From sequence record OZ035789.1: a stretch of DNA of 64,000 bases; one strand, given 5' to 3'. Under the pieces are notes generated by a model that did no database searches, was not told where the DNA came from, and saw nothing but the letters and a program-made list of their open reading frames with translations. Source of the DNA: Tequatrovirus BCH953P4. Below, one piece after another: positions 60,257 through 64,000 of the stretch. The translations under genes were made by a program, and so were the position numbers. Positions within the stretch are counted from its first letter, which is position 1. Each line of letters opens with the position of its first letter.

Positions 60257-61278
60257 TAGTTCAGTGCATTTAGTGCATTGTTCAGTTTAGAACGTTGCTT
60301 CGTGAGATTTTTGACTTTTTCTTGAGCTTTTTCTAACATCTTTTCAGCTTCTAACACTTCATTAGTTGCTTTAACGAGTTCATCATCTACTGCCTTGATA
60401 GACTTCTCAATCGCATCCGCGTGCCATTTTTCAACAGGTTTAAGACTCGGATTTTCAACAGGAAGAAAATTCACTTTATTGAATTTCCATGCATCCTTAT
60501 TACCTGAACTATACATCCAAAATTTAGGATCGTTTGATGAGTAATTAGATAAATTTAAGTTATCTTGCACTTCCTGCTTTTTCTCTTGCGGGACTTCGTC
60601 CTTTCTCAAAAAATCGTATTTAAATGAAACGATCATATCAAGTTCATACGTTGTTGTGTCTAATTTAAATCGCTCAAAACGAGGTAAAATCTTAGACTGA
60701 ACAGCGGCAACAACATCCATATACTTAAATGCTTCTGTCAACTGCGATTTAAGGCATTCGCAAATTGAAAGAGAATTTTTTGTATTAGGTTTAAAGCTAA
60801 TTCGTGCAGTTCTGTTATTTTCTTTTAATGGTCTTACTTCCATCTGAAGAGTATAACCATCAAATTTCAGGTTCTTTAAGTTAATGTCAGAACCTTTTAA
60901 TCGACTAGCCGTGGACAAAATTTGCTTTAATTGTTTACGGAATAGAGCAATAAATCTCCATTCAATACGATAATGATTTGGATTGAAAAATCCAGATGAT
61001 AAATTAACCTTACTTTGACCAACGCCTTGAACAAATAGAGGATTTTTATAATCAATAGTTTTACAGAAATCGGTGAGCTGCTCACGAGCAGTCATTTGCG
61101 TAATATACCCTGCTTTACTAAAATTACGCACCCATTCACTGCTATTCGTATACTTAAAGTGATGAATAACACGATTAACTTTATCAGGGTCTAAATTATT
61201 TTCACACAAAAATGTCATAACATCACGAGTATAGCTGGCATTACGAACCATATCTTCAATTTGAGAACGAGTTTTCAT
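60256..61278 (-). CDS. Hypothetical protein (340 aa) with C-terminal coiled coil
   Basis: ORF track. Confidence 0.55.
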   Translation of the reverse strand: MKTRSQIEDMVRNASYTRDVMTFLCENNLDPDKVNRVIHHFKYTNSSEWVRNFSKAGYITQMTAREQLTDFCKTIDYKNPLFVQGVGQSKVNLSSGFFNPNHYRIEWRFIALFRKQLKQILSTASRLKGSDINLKNLKFDGYTLQMEVRPLKENNRTARISFKPNTKNSLSICECLKSQLTEAFKYMDVVAAVQSKILPRFERFKLDTTTYELDMIVSFKYDFLRKDEVPQEKKQEVQDNLNLSNYSSNDPKFWMYSSGNKDAWKFNKVNFLPVENPSLKPVEKWHADAIEKSIKAVDDELVKATNEVLEAEKMLEKAQEKVKNLTKQRSKLNNALNALN

Positions 61279-61286
61279 GGTGTTCC

Positions 61287-62198
61287 TTAAGATTTAAGTA
61301 AATCAACAATTTTAATTAACTTTTCACGCTCAGATTTAGCTTTACTACTCAGTCCAGATAGTCTGAAAATTTCATCATCATACTGTTGAATAGAAATATT
61401 CAGCTCTTCAATTTGCTTATTAAAATAATCAATTTGTTCAGAATGTTTTTCATTACTACGAACTGGTACAGGTTTTGTAGGCAATTTAGTTGAACTGGAT
61501 TCATCCGGGCGATAAATTAAAATACAATTTGAACCAATCGGACATTTAGCACCAGACACATATTCTAATGTTCCAGCTTCTTTTAAAACTTCAAAAGCTA
61601 AACAGAGATGATGCCCCATATTAACATAATCTGTAGAGCGAGCTCTGATATAATAATCATCTCCACGAGTGCTAAATTTAAAGCATTTAAGGTCTTCTGT
61701 ATTATTAGTTTTAAAAATCATTTGTTTATCTAGACCTTTAGCTAATCGAGCGCCTAATGCTAATAATCGTCGTTGATTTTCCCACAAATCCGCAATCATT
61801 TGATCGAATGATAATTTTGGCATTAGTCGACCATAAAGGTCATATCCTTTATTATAATTACGAAGGATTTCACTCGCATTAATACGAGATAATGCTCCAA
61901 TTTTATTAAGGGCTTTCATGATGCGATTAGATAAACTCATTCCAGACCCGTTTGTTCGCTGTAAATGTTTTTCTAATCCAAATCCAATATCAACTTTAAA
62001 CTTATCTAAAATTTCAGCATGAACATCTCTGTCAATAACATTCAAATCCAAAGTTGAGTTAAATCTATGAAAAAATTTATCTGGCTCTCCACGACGAAAT
62101 ACAGTCCATTCATTCATCATTTTTTTATTAACTAAAGATTTAATTACTGCATTGACATTATTAATTACTACTGACATATTTTCCTCACTCAATTTCAA
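61287..62198 (-). CDS. Hypothetical protein (303 aa) with C-terminal coiled coil
   Basis: ORF track. Confidence 0.55.
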   Translation of the reverse strand: MKLSEENMSVVINNVNAVIKSLVNKKMMNEWTVFRRGEPDKFFHRFNSTLDLNVIDRDVHAEILDKFKVDIGFGLEKHLQRTNGSGMSLSNRIMKALNKIGALSRINASEILRNYNKGYDLYGRLMPKLSFDQMIADLWENQRRLLALGARLAKGLDKQMIFKTNNTEDLKCFKFSTRGDDYYIRARSTDYVNMGHHLCLAFEVLKEAGTLEYVSGAKCPIGSNCILIYRPDESSSTKLPTKPVPVRSNEKHSEQIDYFNKQIEELNISIQQYDDEIFRLSGLSSKAKSEREKLIKIVDLLKS

Positions 62199-62592
62199 TT
62201 TTACTAAATATACAGAATATGATGGAAAAGACTATATAAGCACCACACACAGATTGAACTAATACCATTCCAAAGAACCAAATAATATTATCAAACCATG
62301 TCTGTTTTACGTCGAAAGGACGTAAACTTACAGTAATATTATCACCTTTTTCTATTGAAGAATACATCTCTGGCGAAATATATTCGCTAAATCTATAACC
62401 GTCTTTGAGTTCATATACGGCAATAAACGATAAACTAGACCCCTTTCCTTGAGTTCCTGTAAGGGTATTAACTACAGTAACATCATAATCTTTATAATGC
62501 ATATAATCATTAATTGCGTAATAACCATATGCAATTACTATACATAAACAACATATCAATAAATTCAATCTTTTAATTATCAACTGTTTCAT
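62185..62592 (-). CDS. Membrane protein (135 aa)
   Basis: ORF track; N- and C-terminal TM segments. Confidence 0.5.
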   Translation of the reverse strand: MKQLIIKRLNLLICCLCIVIAYGYYAINDYMHYKDYDVTVVNTLTGTQGKGSSLSFIAVYELKDGYRFSEYISPEMYSSIEKGDNITVSLRPFDVKQTWFDNIIWFFGMVLVQSVCGAYIVFSIIFCIFSKIEIE

Positions 62593-62647
62593 AATAATCT
62601 CAGTTAAAAGGGCTTAGAACCATTATACCATCCTTGGTATAAAGCGG

Positions 62648-63175
62648 TTATGCGAGTACCGTCTTTAACCGTTCTTCAAATTTCCGAATAGTGTTCTGGC
62701 GTTCAGCTCTTTGCTTTTTGTAAGTTTCAATACGCTCTGAAATGAGAGTGTATCGTTCATTTACTGATTCTTTCATAAAATCAGGAATTTCACGAGAAGC
62801 TTTAATCTCGTCAAATTTATCAATAACAGCTTGCTCTTCAGCAATTAAGTTATCATACATCAAAATATCTTTCTTGATGAACTCAATATCTTCTTGAGTT
62901 ACACGAGATAATTTAGATGCTTTATCCTTTTTGTACTGTTCGTTAGTATCACGAGACCAGTGTAATGTACGATTTTTATTCGTATTCTTGTAAATTTCTA
63001 CAATACCAATCTCATCAATAATAACGATCCAATTCCAACGAGATTTGTAAATTTGCCCTCCGTCAACCGTGATTTCACCTCCGATTGAGATGTCATTAAA
63101 GAACTTGCTTTGTGCTTCAGATTTAAATTTACCATCGTTGTAATTTACCAGGTTGAAAATATCTTTAGCGTTCAT
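62648..63175 (-). CDS. Hypothetical protein (175 aa from ATG at 63175)
   Basis: Track ORF trimmed; its N-terminus is translated promoter/leader; ATG has SD GGAGG. Confidence 0.5.
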   Translation of the reverse strand: MNAKDIFNLVNYNDGKFKSEAQSKFFNDISIGGEITVDGGQIYKSRWNWIVIIDEIGIVEIYKNTNKNRTLHWSRDTNEQYKKDKASKLSRVTQEDIEFIKKDILMYDNLIAEEQAVIDKFDEIKASREIPDFMKESVNERYTLISERIETYKKQRAERQNTIRKFEERLKTVLA

Positions 63176-63203
63176 TTTGTGTTCCTCCGTAGTTGATAGT
63201 TGT

Positions 63204-63233
63204 ATAGTACCACAGAGGAACAGTCTTGTAAAC
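63204..63233 (-). promoter_or_regulatory. Early promoter (-35 GTTTACA, 17 bp, -10 TGGTACTAT)
   Basis: Plus ATAGTA-CCA (63204-63212) and TGTAAA (63227-63232). Confidence 0.6.
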
Positions 63234-63235
63234 AA

Positions 63236-63550
63236 CTAAAAGAAACTTCTTTCACAATTTTTTCCACTGAACCAAGCGCTCACTGCTTTCTTAGTCTCAG
63301 GAGCAGTGTTATCCATAAACCATTCAAAGGCAGCCTTTTTATGATTCTGGAGGGCTTCTCGGGCTTTAATCTGCTCACGGTCTATTAACACTAACATATG
63401 AGCCTTTCTTGTCACCAAGGGCTTCTTATGATTTTTTGAATATTCCCAATCATTTGTCCATCGCATCGTTGTTGCGAATTGAAGTACAGCTTCTTTAATT
63501 TTAGTTTCGTAAATTTCACGAGCCTTTGAGTATAACATCATTACCTCCAT
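63236..63550 (-). CDS. Hypothetical protein (104 aa)
   Basis: ORF track. Confidence 0.45.
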   Translation of the reverse strand: MEVMMLYSKAREIYETKIKEAVLQFATTMRWTNDWEYSKNHKKPLVTRKAHMLVLIDREQIKAREALQNHKKAAFEWFMDNTAPETKKAVSAWFSGKNCERSFF

Positions 63551-63640
63551 TCACCAGTTTAATTCTAGTCATCTTTTTGATTGCAGTCCATATAATCTAT
63601 TTCTGAACTGCCTTTTTGTCTTAGAAGGCCTCTTATGAAT

Positions 63641-63904
63641 TTATTTCAGAAGAGTAACCTCAGCGATTTCTTGCCAACCGTTTTTGTCGGTCATAATAAA
63701 GTCAGCAAGATAAAGAGCAGTACGCAGTGAAACATTACGTAAACGGTTAACATTGACTTTCATCCATGATAATGCTTTATAAGTTTCTTCATCAGAAAGA
63801 CCGCGCTTTTGCATCATGTCGGTTGAAAGAATAACATCTTCAACCCTGACCATAATTTCTTCATTAGTGTGAACACCCAAATCTAAATAAACTGAGCGGG
63901 ACAC
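63641..63904 (-). CDS. Hypothetical protein (87 aa)
   Basis: ORF track. Confidence 0.45.
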   Translation of the reverse strand: MSRSVYLDLGVHTNEEIMVRVEDVILSTDMMQKRGLSDEETYKALSWMKVNVNRLRNVSLRTALYLADFIMTDKNGWQEIAEVTLLK

Positions 63905-64000
63905 TAATGCTTGTAAATGTGGAGCAAGTTTAGTACCACGGTCTAATTCGCGGTCAATGTCAACGTTTGTGATAAAAACAATCGTTCCTTTAAATTCAAA

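Overview
This window reads as a contiguous segment of a T4-like (T-even, Tequatrovirus-type) myovirus genome, called from protein sequences I recognise, strict T4 gene order and T4-type promoters; no database search was run. It starts at the 3' end of long-tail-fibre gene 37 (plus strand: 37, 38, holin t), then runs almost entirely on the minus strand through asiA, arn, motA, 52, ac, stp, ndd, denB, rIIB, rIIA, 39, goF, cef, motB, dexA, dda, srd, modA, modB, soc, 56, dam, 61, sp, dmd, 41, 40, uvsX, a glycosyltransferase, 42, imm, 43, regA, 62, 44, 45, rpbA, 46, 47, alpha-gt, 55, nrdH, nrdG, intron-split nrdD, 49, pin and nrdC. It is not T4 itself: gene 39 is one continuous 606-aa ORF, the beta-gt slot holds a different 280-aa enzyme, and the homing-endonuclease genes sit in other places. 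The most interesting locus is a 186-aa ORF with a PD-(D/E)xK nuclease-like signature that is translationally coupled to dam and has its own early promoter, flanked by a divergent small membrane ORF; I do not remember any gene at this position in T4. Other points worth a second look are five homing-endonuclease genes (two sharing one zinc-finger module), the nrdD group I intron with an internal late promoter, repeated early promoter-leader cassettes, and three consecutive 300-340-aa ORFs with coiled-coil tails. No tRNA, rRNA, CRISPR array, integrase or transposase was found. Hand-derived coordinates (promoters, hairpins, small ORFs, intron junctions) may be off by a few nt.
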